Origin: Macrostomum lignano
Lineage: Eukaryota
Assembly (NCBI GenBank): GCA_002269645.1
Contig: NIVC01003698.1
Coordinates: 1-64,000 of the forward strand
Length of the DNA: 64,000 bases
Direction of reading: 5' to 3'
Shown here: positions 8,771 through 20,364 of the stretch, piece by piece
Position numbering within the stretch: position 1 is the stretch's first letter
Layout: the number at the start of each line of letters is the position of its first letter
Translations under genes and position numbers: made by a program
Notes under the pieces: model-generated
Told to the model about the DNA's origin: nothing
The model's input: the letters and a program-made list of their open reading frames with translations, nothing else
Databases searched by the model: none

Positions 8771-9039
8771 AGTAGTATAGAAAAAGACGCTTCTAGATCA
8801 GACCTTATTTTAATGACCGTTTGTAAGGTCTTAAGAGGGGGGACGCGAGGGGAGTGTTGGGGAGTGTTTTGGAAGTGTTGGGAAGTGATTTTTATTGTTA
8901 GGGGTGATTATGGGTGATTAGATGTATTAATGGTGTTTAGATGTGTTTTTTTATTTACCCCCCGTGTCCCCCCTCTAGACCCTTAAAACGGTCATTAAAA
9001 AAGTGCTCTGGGTCTAGAAGCGTCTATTTCTATACTACT
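8771..9039. repeat. About 80-bp imperfect inverted repeat forming the element terminus
   Basis: AGTAGTATAGAAAAAGACGCTTCTAGA...GAGGGGGGACGCG at 8771-8852 mirrors 8958-9039. Confidence 0.9.
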
Positions 9040-9756
9040 GTGGCCATAGACTAATGATGTGTGTGTGACAGTGTGGCCATAGACTAATGTTGTGTGCGAC
9101 AGTATTGAAACATTCCCCATTTGTCATATAATGTGTGGTACAATTGGGACTTTAATCGCGGTCAATATTCAATATTCTACATTGCCTTTAGTCTCATAGT
9201 GCCGGACTCATTATTTTACTAGGCCATTTTGGCACTTTTTGCTCAACGTATCATTTGCGAAACTTCTGATTCTGATTTTATCCCAGATTTAATCCCAAAT
9301 ACTAAAACAGACTTTCTTCGTATCCTTGCAATCAAGCAGAAATTTTGCTATATTTTACCATTTTTTATTCCGTGCAATCTTCCTGATTCAATGGAACCTG
9401 ATTTTAGCTTTTAATTCCTTAGTATTCATTTTATGATTGTATTTTAAATATACGCGAAGCACTCTATAACAAAATAGAATTAAAACTGCAATTATTGTGT
9501 AACATTTTTTTCTAACAGTGGAAATCAGCCTGTTGCCGCTGTATTGTATTTAAATAACAAACTGTCTAAAGTACAAAGCAGATAAAAAATAAAAGTACAC
9601 AAGATACTTTGAAGACGCGCAATGAAACAGGATTATACATTTAGAACCGGTCAGTAAGTACGAAGTTACTACTAGGGTGAGCTAAAAAGTCAAGGATGCC
9701 TAAATTTCTAAACCAGATACTAAAATTCAGATATCCTTAGCTCAAAAGCCGCCCGA

Positions 9757-10232
9757 GTCAAGGACTACTCAAGCAGTAGGACGTGGGACTAGCGAGACTA
9801 CATTTCTTGGAAAAATTTTAGGAGGGTTTTATCGAAAAAATGCATTACGGAGATAGGAGGTCTTCATTCTTTCAAAACAAAAATTGCTATTGCTTTTGAT
9901 AGCAGGCATGCAGACCCAATGTTCATCTTTTGATATGACTCGCCCTTCTTACAGCTCTATTGATATTCATAGAGCTTTTCATTTAGAAAATTAGGATTCT
10001 ATGTTAATTCCTATGCCTAAAAATCCCGAAAATCAGAAAATCACGGTTTTATGCATCTATTTTATCATTCTGTTGCGCATTGTTTACTCAGTCCACTAAG
10101 TCAGCTAACAGTTTCTGTGCTAAAAAACGAAAAACTCCATTCTCCGCAATGGATTTTTTCGGTAAAAACCTGCCTCCTAGGATCTTCTAAGAAACAAAGT
10201 TTCCCGGCATACTACTTAAGTAGTCCTTGGCC
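9757..10232. repeat. Diverged inverted repeat (old MITE-like remnant)
   Basis: 9757-9885 aligns by eye to the reverse complement of about 10110-10232 (CAAGGACTACTnAAGnAGTA; TTTCTT.GAA...TAGGAGG; CGAAAAAAT.CATT.CGGAGA). Confidence 0.5.
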
Positions 10233-10293
10233 TGAGTTACTATTTATAGCAAAAATTATTATTGCAAAGAAACGGACGCTGCCTACTATGTTA

Positions 10294-13200
10294 CTATAAG
10301 TAGCCAACAAAGCGCTGGCCGAGTGGTGCTGCTGCCGCTGCTGTGTGCGGCGGCTGCGGCGGATGCGGCGGCGCCGGCTGCGGTGGTGGCGGTGGCGGAG
10401 GCGGCATTCGGCAGTGCGGTGGCGGCCCGGCCAGCAGCAGGTCGCGCACCAGCCGGCCGGCCTCCAGCGGCGTGGGCGCCGGCGGCGGCGGGGCCAACGC
10501 CAGCGACTGCAGCCGGAGCAGCAGACGGCCGAAGCGGTCGCAGCAGCCGCCGGCGGCATCGGGCGCCGAGACAGGCAGCCGCAGGCGGCAGTACTCGGCC
10601 AGGGCCCATTGGACGCGCGACTGTCCGGCCTCGACTCGGCCGGGCTCGCGCAGGCCCGGACAGTCCGGGTTCAGCAGCGCCAGCGCCTTCAAGCAGGCCA
10701 GCTCGGCAACGTCTGCGTGCAGCTGGCCGAGCCGGAGGGCGGCCGCGGCGGCGGGGCAGCCGATGGTCGGGCGGCGGGCGTCCGGCGGCTCCTCTGCGGC
10801 CGACTGCAATGCGAACAGTTTTGGCGGCGGAGATAATGCCCTGAGCATATTAGGTAGTTAAATGACCTTCAGCTGTGCACATTGTAACAACTCGTGACAA
10901 CAGCAACAGCAGCAACAACAAAACACGCCGTCGGGGTGTTTAGAAGGCAGCGTCACATGGCGCGCTACGGATACCCTTCGACTCACAACCTGCCCTGACC
11001 CACAAGCCATGATTAACCCACCTGCTGTAGCTGGGTGAGCACAAGCAGCTGGCCCCAGCTGGCCTGCAGCAGGCTGAGCTGGTCAGCCTGGCCCAGCTCG
11101 GCAAAGAACGGCGCCCGCCTCGCCCATTCAACAGCGGCGGCCAGCAGTTCGCGGGCCCAGTCTCCGGTGCAGCAGGCGACGCCGAGCTGCGGGCACGTCG
11201 TCAATGGCGACGGCGGCAGCGGCCTCGGACGGTGATCCGAACGGACGAGGCCGGACAGAAGGCCGGACAGGCAGGCGCTGAGCTGCTGCTGGCGCTGAGG
11301 CGACGGGCCGCCTTGGTACCAGGGACTGCCCGACGAGTAGGGCGACACCTGCCAGGATTGGTCAGCGAGGGCTGGGAGGGCTTAAAATGCACGCCTTCGG
11401 CGACATCGACTCACAACTCCTAGCAAGCGCACTCACACTCATACAGGCTGTACAGCAGTCCTTTGACTTTCTAATCGTCAGGCTTGCACACTCTATTCCT
11501 TGGGGTTGGCCGTCATGGCTGAGTCGCACGACAAACCCCAAACGAATTTTGCTGCGCACGGAATCGAACGAGGGGAGACGCGGCGCGAGATTCAGCCGCG
11601 TTTTACCGCCGAGCTGCTCTGCTTTAGCTGGGGCAGCTCAGATTTTCAGTGGGATGATTTGTCAGGTGGGATCTTGGACGGGGTCTTGATGGGATCCTTG
11701 GGTGGGATCTTGGATGGGATCTTAGATGGGATCTTGAATGGGATCCTGAATGATATCTTGGACGGAATCTTGGATAGAATCTTGGGTGGGATCTTGGGTG
11801 GGATCTTGGATGGGATCCTTGGGTGGGATCTTGGATGGGATTTTGAATGGGATCTTTGGGTGGGATCCTTGGGTGGGATCTTGGATGATATCTTGGATGG
11901 GATCCTTGGGTGGGATCTTGGATGATATCTTGGATGGGATCCTTGGGTGGGATCTTGGATGGGATCTTGGGTGGGATCTTGGATGGGATCCTTGGGTGGG
12001 ATCTTGAATGGGATCCTTGGGTGGGATCCTTGGGTGGGATCTTGGATGGGATCTTGAATGGGATCCTTGGGTGGGATCCTTGGGTGGGATCCTTGGGTGG
12101 GATCTTTGGTTGGGATCTTTGGGTGGGATTTTGAATGGATCCAGTAATTCCCATAAATCTTATTGAATTCATTTAATCTCATTTATCCCACGGATTTTAT
12201 ACATGATAAAAATCCCATAAATACCATAAACCCCATAAATCCCATAAATCCCATAAATCCCATAAATCCCATAAACCTATGAGTTCCGCAATTGCGTACT
12301 CACCGACGCAGGCGGCAGCTGGAAGCCGGTCAGGCCCCGAACCGGCGACGACATGCCGTCCCGGCCGGCGCCCCCGCGGCCGCGCTGCACTGCCTCGCGC
12401 CGCATGCCGAGCGCCAGGCACTTGTCGAAACGGCACCGCTGGCATTGGTTCCTGTGCTGCGTGTCCACCGGGCACGGCGTCCCGCCTCCGCTGCCGCCGC
12501 CGCCGCGGCAGCTGTAGACGAGGTTGCGGCGGACGGATCGCTTGAAAAACGATTTGCAGCCCTCGCATGAGAATTGGCCATAGTGCTTGCCTGCGGTTCG
12601 TGCGGTGGCGTGGTGGCGAGATCGGGTTCAGTGTGGTTTGCGGTACGGAAATAAAAAAGGCCTGTCTTTGGGTTGAGTTCTGAGTAGGGTCTGAGACTGG
12701 GAGATTTGAGTAGAGTCTGAGACTGGCAGATTTGAGTAGAGTCTGAGACTGGCAGATTTGAGTAGGGTCTGAGACTGGGAGATTTGAGTAGGGTCTGAGA
12801 CTGGCAGATTTGAGTAGGGTCTTAGACTGGGAGATTTGAGTAGGGTCTGAGACTGGCAAATTTGAGTAGGGTCTGAGACTGGCAGATTTGAGTAGGGTCT
12901 GAGACTGGGAGATTTGAGTAGGGTCTTAGACTGGCAGATTTGAGTAGAGTCTTAGACTGGGGGATTTGAGTAGGGTCTTAGACTGGGAGATTTGAGTAGA
13001 GTCTGAGACTGGGAGATTTGAGTAGAGTCTGGGAGACTGGGAGATTTGAGTAGGGTCTGAGACTGGGAGATTTGAGTAGGGTCTTAGACTGGGGGATTTG
13101 AGTAGGGTCTGAGACTGGCAGATTTGAGTAGAGTCTGAGACTGGCAGATTTGAGTAGGGTCTGAGACTGGGAGATTTGAGTAGGGTCTGAGACTGGCAGA

Positions 13201-14775
13201 TTTGAGTAGGGTCTGAGACTGGCAGATTTGAGTAGGGTCTTAGACTGGGAGATTTGAGTAGGGTCTGAGACTGGCAAATTTGAGTAGGGTCTGAGACTGG
13301 CAGATTTGAGTAGGGTCTGAGACTGGGAGATTTGAGTAGGGTCTTAGACTGGCAGATTTGAGTAGAGTCTTAGACTGGGGGATTTGAGTAGGGTCTTAGA
13401 CTGGGAGATTTGAGTAGAGTCTGAGACTGGGAGATTTGAGTAGAGTCTGGGAGACTGGGAGATTTGAGTAGGGTCTGAGACTGGGAGATTTGAGTAGGGT
13501 CTTAGACTGGGGGATTTGAGTAGGGTCTGAGACTGGCAGATTTGAGTAGGGTCTGAGACTGGGAGATTTGAGTAGGGTCTTAGACTGGGGGATTTGAGTA
13601 GGGTCTGAGACTGGCAGATTTGAGTAGGGTCTTAGACTGGGAGATTTGAGTAGAGTCTTAGACTGGGGGATTTGAGTAGGGTCTGAGACTGGGGGATTTG
13701 AGTAGGGTCTGAGACTGGGAGATTTGAGTAGGGTCTGAGACTGGGGGATTTGAGTAGGGTCTGAGACTGGCAGATTTGAGTAGGGTCTTAGACTGGGAGA
13801 TTTGAGTAGGGTCTGAGACTGGGAGATTTGAGTAGGGTCTTAGACTGGGAGATTTGAGTAGAGTCTTAGACTGGGGGATTTGAGTAGGGTCTTAGACTGG
13901 GAGATTTGAGTAGAGTCTGGGAGACTGGGAGATTTGAGTAGAGTCTGAGACTGGGAGATTTGAGTAGAGTCTGGGAGACTGGGAGATTTGAGTAGGGTCT
14001 TAGACTGGGAGATTTGAGTAGGGTCTGAGACTGGGAGATTTGAGTAGAGTCTGAGACTGGGAGATTTGAGTAGGGTCTTAGACTGAGGGATTTGAGTAGA
14101 GTCTGGGAGACTGGGAGATTTGAGTAGGGTCTGAGACTGGGAGATTTGAGTAGGGTCTTAGACTGAGGGATTTGAGTAGAGTCTGGGAGACTGGGAGATT
14201 TGAGTAGAGTCTGAGACTGGGAGATTTGAGTAGAGTCTGAGACTGGGAGATTTGAGTAGAGTCTGAGACTGGGAGATTTGAGTAGGGTCTTAGACTGAGG
14301 GATTTGAGTAGAGTCTTAGAATGGGGGATTTGAGTAGGGTCTGACACTGGGAGATTTGGGTAGGGTCTGAGACTGGGAGATTTGAGTAGGGTCTGAGACT
14401 GGGAGATTTAAGAAGCCGATTTGAGACCCACAAATCCCAGATCCCTCAAAAAATACAGAAAATAATTCCCAAGGCCTCACCGGATGCGCGGTCGCCGCAG
14501 ACAACGCAGTCCACAGCCAGATGGCTTTTATCGCCATTCAATTCGTCGAATGTTGAGTTGCCCTTGGCAACCGGCACCGACTCCGATGGCTGAAGCTGTT
14601 CGGGTGAGTCGAATTCCAGGGGCTTTCTGTCCTCATCGTCTGCCGGATGCTGCAGGTGGCTCCGGGGCTGGTGCTGGACAATGTACTGCTGCTGATGAGG
14701 CTGATGAGGCTGATGAGGCTGGTGAGCCTGGCCCCCTGGCCAAGCCGTATCGTGCGCCACTCCGTGGCTCAACAT
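10294..14775 (-). CDS. NR2F: Nuclear receptor, COUP-TF/seven-up (NR2F)-like, divergent
   Basis: Exons 14481-14775, 12304-12590, 11022-11348, 10294-~10803 (last acceptor uncertain). Spliced DBD reads [33 protein letters not shown]...[10 protein letters not shown]; LBD has [26 protein letters not shown] and LVRDLLL. Confidence 0.9.
11645..12140. repeat. Intronic degenerate GGGATCTT(GGGT/GGAT) minisatellite
   Basis: Visible tandem units of about 12-13 bp; source of spurious ORFs in 11500-12182. Confidence 0.9.
12685..14410. repeat. 26-bp minisatellite (GAGACTGGGAGATTTGAGTAGGGTCT), about 66 copies
   Basis: Direct reading; fills most of NR2F intron 1. Confidence 0.97.
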
Positions 14776-15309
14776 TTCCTTGGGAGGTGAAAAAATCGAC
14801 AGTTTAAAGGAAGTTTAAAGGGCTCGTTTTAAAGGCTTTGGCTCTGGTATTTGAGCACAGAGTGGCTGGTTGAGATAGAGTGGGGGCGGAGGGTGGGATG
14901 GGGGCTTCCCCCAACTGGGGATTTGTGGGGGAGGCGCGGGCGGTGGGCCACAGCGCCCAATGGCTGAACAATAGCGAGCTGTCAGTCTGGCTTCTGGATT
15001 GGAAAGCTGCCCCGAAAACTGCTCTAATGTGGCTTCGTGTAATGGCGTAAAAAAGTTTTGAATCCCTTAATTTTGTTGATTTTTTAAAAACATCATTTTC
15101 AGCTTCAGATTAAAAAAACGGTGGTTGCCTCAATAAGCCTATAAAGTGAAACAGTATCATGCAAGCTTTTTAATACCCAAACATTCGTTAGTTACTTCTC
15201 TTGTGTATAAGTATTAGTGCTTATAATCCCGTAGAGTAGCTACCACACTGTCTACCATAATGGATTATGTCGTCCATGGCTCCGTTAACTTAAGAAATAC
15301 TGGTCAGCA

Positions 15310-15570
15310 AGCAAGGAAGAGGAAAGTGAGGGTAGAGACAGAGGGGGGCCTAGAGTAGGAGGAGAGAGGAGAGAGAGGAGAGGAGAGAGGGGGAGAGAGG
15401 ACAAAGGACAGAGGGAGAGATGGAGAAGGGCAGAGAGGAGAGGGAAGACGGGAGAGGAGAGGGGAGAGGGAGAAGAGAGAAAGGGAGAAAGGGAGAGGAG
15501 AGGGGAGAGGGAGAAGAGAGAAAGAGAGAAAGGGAGAGGAGAGGGGAGAGGGGAGAGAAGAGAAAGGAGA
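15310..15570. repeat. Purine-only (GA-rich) low-complexity tract
   Basis: Almost exclusively G/A on the plus strand. Confidence 0.9.
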
Positions 15571-16427
15571 GAGTCTCATTAGAATAACTCATGACACCGA
15601 CTGAACGAGCCATACGAGAACTGTATGAACTAAAGGTGTGATTAAAACTCTCTGAACCAGCGCCTTCGGCGAGGCCCAAGCAGAGGTGGGAGACGCGTCC
15701 CCCCAGGTGGAAGACGGGCTGCAGATAAAATCAGGGAATCAATAAGCGCAATATACGCTTTACAAAAAATGAGAATTATTTTACTATATAAGCACCGAAA
15801 ACTCCATTGTTAGTCTAGGAGAAGAATTGTTGCAATAAGAAACGGCTGTTTTAATGAATACACGAGAGCAGTAGGCCTTTTTCAAAACAGCTTCTTCTTT
15901 TGTGCCGTGCCGCCCTCAGCTCACTTGTTAATTCCCTCAATCCATTCATTCAATCCATAATGCGATGAAGTGGCTGCCGGGTAGATAAGAGAGACGCGAA
16001 CTGACTCAACGGAGCAACATTTTTGGGGGAGGAGGGCCGCAACCCCCCCCCCACTTGTTCAACTTCAATGTCAACGAGCCGTAAGCGCCTCAAGCCTCTC
16101 CAACCCCAGTTCCCCTGCAGTCTGACAAAAGATTTTGACAGATCCCGGATCCAATATTCGGTATTGAAGCAACCTGTTCCTGGCCATAAATTCCCTGCTG
16201 TGTTTGACTAAGCAAGTTTGACAGTTCGGGCGCAGAGCCATGGCGGCGCAAGTCCTGACCTCAACAGCCTTTGACCCCTCGACCCGCGGGGGACCTTCGC
16301 CTCTTGCTCACTAGCTGGGAAGTTGGATTGACAGGTTGCGAATCGGGTGGGAGCTTTTGCGCCCAGAATTGAGTCTCCGGTATGTTGTGGAATCTGGTGT
16401 GGAATTGTTTTTTAGACCGATAATTCT

Positions 16428-16930
16428 ATGGTACATTCAGTGTTGAGTCAACTTGACTTAGCTGCTCAATGGGCTCGCGCTGGCAATCAGGTGGAGCTCA
16501 AATGGATTCCGGGCCACGCTGGTTTCCTCGTCAACTGTGCTGACCTGCTGGCCAAGGTCAGCCCCCATCCTAGCCTCGCTGGGCTGACTCCGAGAATCTC
16601 CGCTGGTGGCACGACACTCGGAGCTGCAGACAATCCCGTGCTGCCGTCCCCTGTCCCTCCCCTCCTGTGTAGAGCCCTCCTCAGGCTCAACCGCAGAGAC
16701 CTCACAGCAGTCAGCATGGCCCTCTCCGGGCATGGCTGCTTCTCTCGCCACCGCTTCTTTCAGGGCCAGGTACCCGAGGAGCGGTGCCCCTTCTGCCGCC
16801 CAGGCTGTGAGCACTTTACCTGCCCACTGCCCCGGTTTTCACCAGGGGAAAACCTGCTTCTCTCCCACGATTGGAGGCCAGAGGGGCCCAGGACGAGCTG
16901 AGACTGCGCTGCAGATGAGATAGACGGGTC
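16428..16930 (+). mobile_element. Degenerate 3' fragment of RNase H-containing non-LTR retrotransposon (I/R1/LOA group)
   Basis: VELKWIPGHAG..N.ADLLAK (RNase H end), then LSGHGCFSRH...CPFC...EHFTC (C-terminal zinc motif). Confidence 0.8.
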
Positions 16931-17064
16931 CTCCTGAGCGACATCGTTCTTATGGAAGCTGCATTCAATCACCTACGAGTCATTTCAGGCATAGCGAGCA
17001 CTGCTCATAAACTGGAAGCGTCATTTTATTAAAGCATTGACTGCCTGTTTACATCTGAAGTTTT

Positions 17065-17475
17065 TCATCTGGAGAGTGCCATTTTTCATCTGGAGAGTGC
17101 CATTTTACATCTGGAGAGTGCCATTTTACACCTGTAGAGTGCCATTTTACATCTGGAGAGTGCCATTTTGCATCTAGAGAGTGCCATTTTACACCTGTAG
17201 AGTGCCATTTTACATCTGGAGAGTGCCATTTTGCATCTAGAGAGTGCCATTTTACACCTGTAGAGTGCCATTTTACATCTGGAGAGTGCCATTTTGCATC
17301 TAGAGAGTGCCATTTTACACCTGTAGAGTGTCATTTTACATCTGGAGGGTGCCACTTTACATCTGTAGAGTGCCATTTTACACTGTAAATGCCATTTTAC
17401 TGGTACATCTGTAGAGTGCTATTTTACACCTGAAGAGTGTCATTTTCGTACATCTGGAGAGTGCCACTTTACACC
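17065..17475. repeat. 21-bp minisatellite (CATCTGGAGAGTGCCATTTTA)
   Basis: About 19 copies read directly. Confidence 0.95.
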
Positions 17476-18067
17476 TGGATGAATACATCTTGAGCAGCAT
17501 CTTCAATGTTACACTAAGCTCATATAATTTTACCTTCCCACAATGCATGTAATAAGTTTACCCCGAAGCATTGAGCTCAAACCCCCGCAGAGGCAGTAAA
17601 AATCTAAAATTAAACGAATGATTTTCAAGGCTTTTTTCGACAACAATCGGAAGCGGACGGGAACGAGACAGAAGTTGGAGTCTGGCGCTGTGTTTGCTCA
17701 CCCCCGCCGCAGTTTGGGGGTTCCTGCACTCCCCTATCTCCAAGGGGAACTCGCCCGCTCCTTTATTTGCATTCAAGTCTCTACCTGTCCGCGCGTCTCC
17801 CGAAACCCCCTTATTTATTTTTCCCAATTCTCCGAGTTTCCCCTGCGGCTCGCTCATAAAACTCGAAATGGATAAAAAACATCGAGCCCGCCGCCCTTCT
17901 TGTTGCTTCGATTCAGGGACTCCTTCCTGTAAACCTCTGGACTGGAAAGCCGACAGTACGTTTTAAGCGCAATCTCAAAATAGGAGTTGCTGGCCGATTG
18001 GTAGAAAAAAACTGAATTTATGCATTATTTTAAAATACAATTTTCAGGGGGTACACCTGATTTACAT

Positions 18068-18355
18068 CGCTTCCAGTCCAGGAGTGCCAGAAGTCCCTGC
18101 CCTGCTTGGCCTCCTGGGCCATCGCTGATTATAGATTCCAGTCCAGGAATGTCAGAGGTCCCTGTTTGGCCTCCTGGGCCATCGCTGATTATAGCTTCCA
18201 ATCCAGGAATGTCAGAGGTCCCTGTTTGGCCTCCTGGGCCATCGCTGATTATAGCTTCCAGTCCAGGAGTGCCAGAAGTCCCTGCCCTGCTTGGCCTCCT
18301 GGGCCATCGCTGATTATAGCTTCCAGTCCAGGAGTGCCAGAGGTCCCTGTCTTGC
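18068..18355. repeat. 60/65-bp tandem repeat, about 4.5 copies
   Basis: Repeated GCTTCCAGTCCAGGA...GGCCTCCTGGGCCATCGCTGATTATA. Confidence 0.95.
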
Positions 18356-18834
18356 CTGGGAGACACAAGTGCCCCCTAAGGCAATTATTATTATCATGAA
18401 ATTAAACAATTGCCAACTCTGCAAAACGAGCCAAAGAAGTTTTGTCGTTGGCTTAGTCCACAAAAAAGCAAGCTTTGAAAAAATAGACGGACAAATAAGC
18501 CGACAGATAAGCTAGAATGAATCTAAATCAGTTAGCAATATCAATGTGTTTTGTTTTAGTTGGCAGTGAATTTGTGGGGACGGAGTTAGGCAGAGCAAAT
18601 ACGCCAGTGAACTTAGAGTAGAAAACAATTCTTTTAATAAAAGATTTTGCCGCCGTTCGGACAAATAATCTGAGAATTTTTAATTACACACCGAAGTTAA
18701 ATACTCTTGGCAGGAAACACTGATTCGATAGATGATGAGAATATGCTTTTGTAAGGAGAAAATGCGCACGAGGTAGGAAAACCTATAGGATTTTTGTGCA
18801 AAGTCATCTCCTGGATATCCCGGATTTAGGAGCT

Positions 18835-19150
18835 AGGAAGACCACTAATACCCTTCGGATCTTCAGGATTTCCCTAATACCCCATCTGATTTTCAGCGAT
18901 TCTTCTAATACCCCATCGGATTTACAGTGATTCTTCTAATACCCCATCTGATTTTCAGCGATTCCCCTAATACCCCTTGGATCTTCAAGGATTCCTCTAA
19001 TACCCATCGGGTCTTCCCAGATTCCTCTAATACCCCATCGAACCTTCAAGTATTCCCTAAATACCCCATCGGATCTTCAGGGATTCCCTTAATATCCCAT
19101 CGGATCTTTAGGGATTCCCCTAATACCTCATTGGATCCTCGGGAATTCCG
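18835..19150. repeat. Degenerate ~31-bp tandem repeat (GGATTCCCCTAATACCCCATCGGATCTTCA)
   Basis: Recurrent CTAATACCCCAT/GGATCTTC motifs. Confidence 0.75.
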
Positions 19151-19201
19151 CTGCTACCTCTTAGTCAGTTGAGAACCCTGAGACCATCAATCATTGAGTT
19201 A

Positions 19202-20364
19202 TCAAAACAGTTTCTCAAGCAGCAACAGCAGCTGAGCCGCCAGAGCAGCAGCAGGAAGCGCAGTTGTCATTCCGGCCGAGTTGCACAGGTCATTGGGACA
19301 GATGCAGATGAACCCGTTGCCTCTTCGCTCCTGCCTGCAGGCCGAATGCAGATAGATTGACATGTTCACTCGGAGGCTGCAGGTGCGAACAAGCTGCAGT
19401 TGGCTGTTCTTGTAGTAGGCCCACTTCAGACAGCCGCCGCGAACGCAGGACACCTGGCGCAGGGGGGGGGGTGATCAAATCAACTAGCGGGGTCTCTTTG
19501 GGGACGACGAGTTCCACTTGACAAATCGATCACGTGCTTTGGGAATATTTGCACCGATTTAGACACTTTGATTATTAATTTTGCGACTTTGTAACCATCC
19601 AATGACCCACCCGTTTAGTCACCCGATGACCCACACATTTAATCACACCCGATGACCCACATATTTAGTCAACCAATGACCCATACATTTAGTCACCCGA
19701 TGACCCACACCTTTAGTCACCCGATGACCCACACCTTTAGTCACCCGATGACCCACACCTTTAGTCACCCGATGACCCACACCTTTAGTAACCCGATGAC
19801 CCACACATTTAGTCACCCGATGACCCACATATTTAGTCAACCAATGACCCATACATTTAGTCACCTGATGACCCACATATTTAGTCACCCAATGACCCAC
19901 ATATTTAGTCAACCAATGACCCATACATTTAGTCACCTGATGACCCACACCTTTAGTCAACCAATGACCCATACATTTAGTCAACCAATGACCCACACCT
20001 TTAGTCAACCAATGACCCACATATTTAGTCAACCAATGACCCACATATTTAGTCAACCAATGACCCACATATTTAGTCAACCAATTTCGAACCACACATT
20101 TAATCACCCAAGCAATTGCCAAGAGATTACAATCAAGTGGAATTTCGATTACCCATAGTCTATGGCCGAGCCCTCGCTCACCTGGTTGAGCACTTTGTCG
20201 ATGTCCACTCCGGGCGTGCTACAGGTGCTGTTCCCAAGCTGACCCTCGCACTCGTAGCAGGTGATGTGATCGGAAAAGTCAGCCTCGTCCCCTGTTGCTA
20301 AGGGGATCAAACTGCCCAGCAATAATAATAGAACTGGCAGTTGAACGCCCCAGGCTGCGTGCAT
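19202..20364 (-). CDS. GPI-anchored Ly6/uPAR three-finger protein (Quiver/Sleepless-like), 144 aa
   Basis: Exons 20182-20364 and 19202-19453 (phase 0). Signal peptide, 10 Cys including CYEC, RTC and CICPNDLCN, hydrophobic C-terminal tail. Confidence 0.9.
19596..20095. repeat. 24-bp intronic minisatellite (TTTAGTCACCCGATGACCCACACA)
   Basis: About 21 copies. Confidence 0.95.

Larger units (their letters stand above)
1..9039. mobile_element. Integrated Polinton/Maverick (adintovirus-like) element, right portion; left end outside window
   Basis: AT-rich, intronless, densely packed ORFs including protein-primed PolB and pX/pVI-like genes. Ends in ...TATACTACT (5'-AGTAGT on minus strand, the Polinton terminal motif) at 9039, followed by non-coding flank; next 6 bp GTGGCC is the candidate TSD. 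Confidence 0.9.

Noticed and set aside
8771-9039. Independent mini-Polinton insertion
   Set aside because: Flanking hexamers differ (TAGAGT or TTATAG versus GTGGCC), so it was treated as part of the terminus.
1-9039. Bacteriophage or contaminant contig
   Set aside because: The PolB is of the eukaryotic Polinton type, start contexts are A-rich without Shine-Dalgarno motifs, and the Polinton terminal motif abuts host-like DNA. A misjoin remains testable with reads.
10212-10861. Multiple overlapping and antisense ORFs over GC-rich exons (also at 24.1-25.5, 34.3-35.3, 58.9-59.9 and 61.3-62.5 kb)
   Set aside because: These are shadow ORFs caused by stop-codon scarcity in high-GC coding DNA; one frame carries the family motifs in each case.
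11500-14350. Repetitive ORFs in NR2F introns
   Set aside because: They are minisatellite translations with no domain content.
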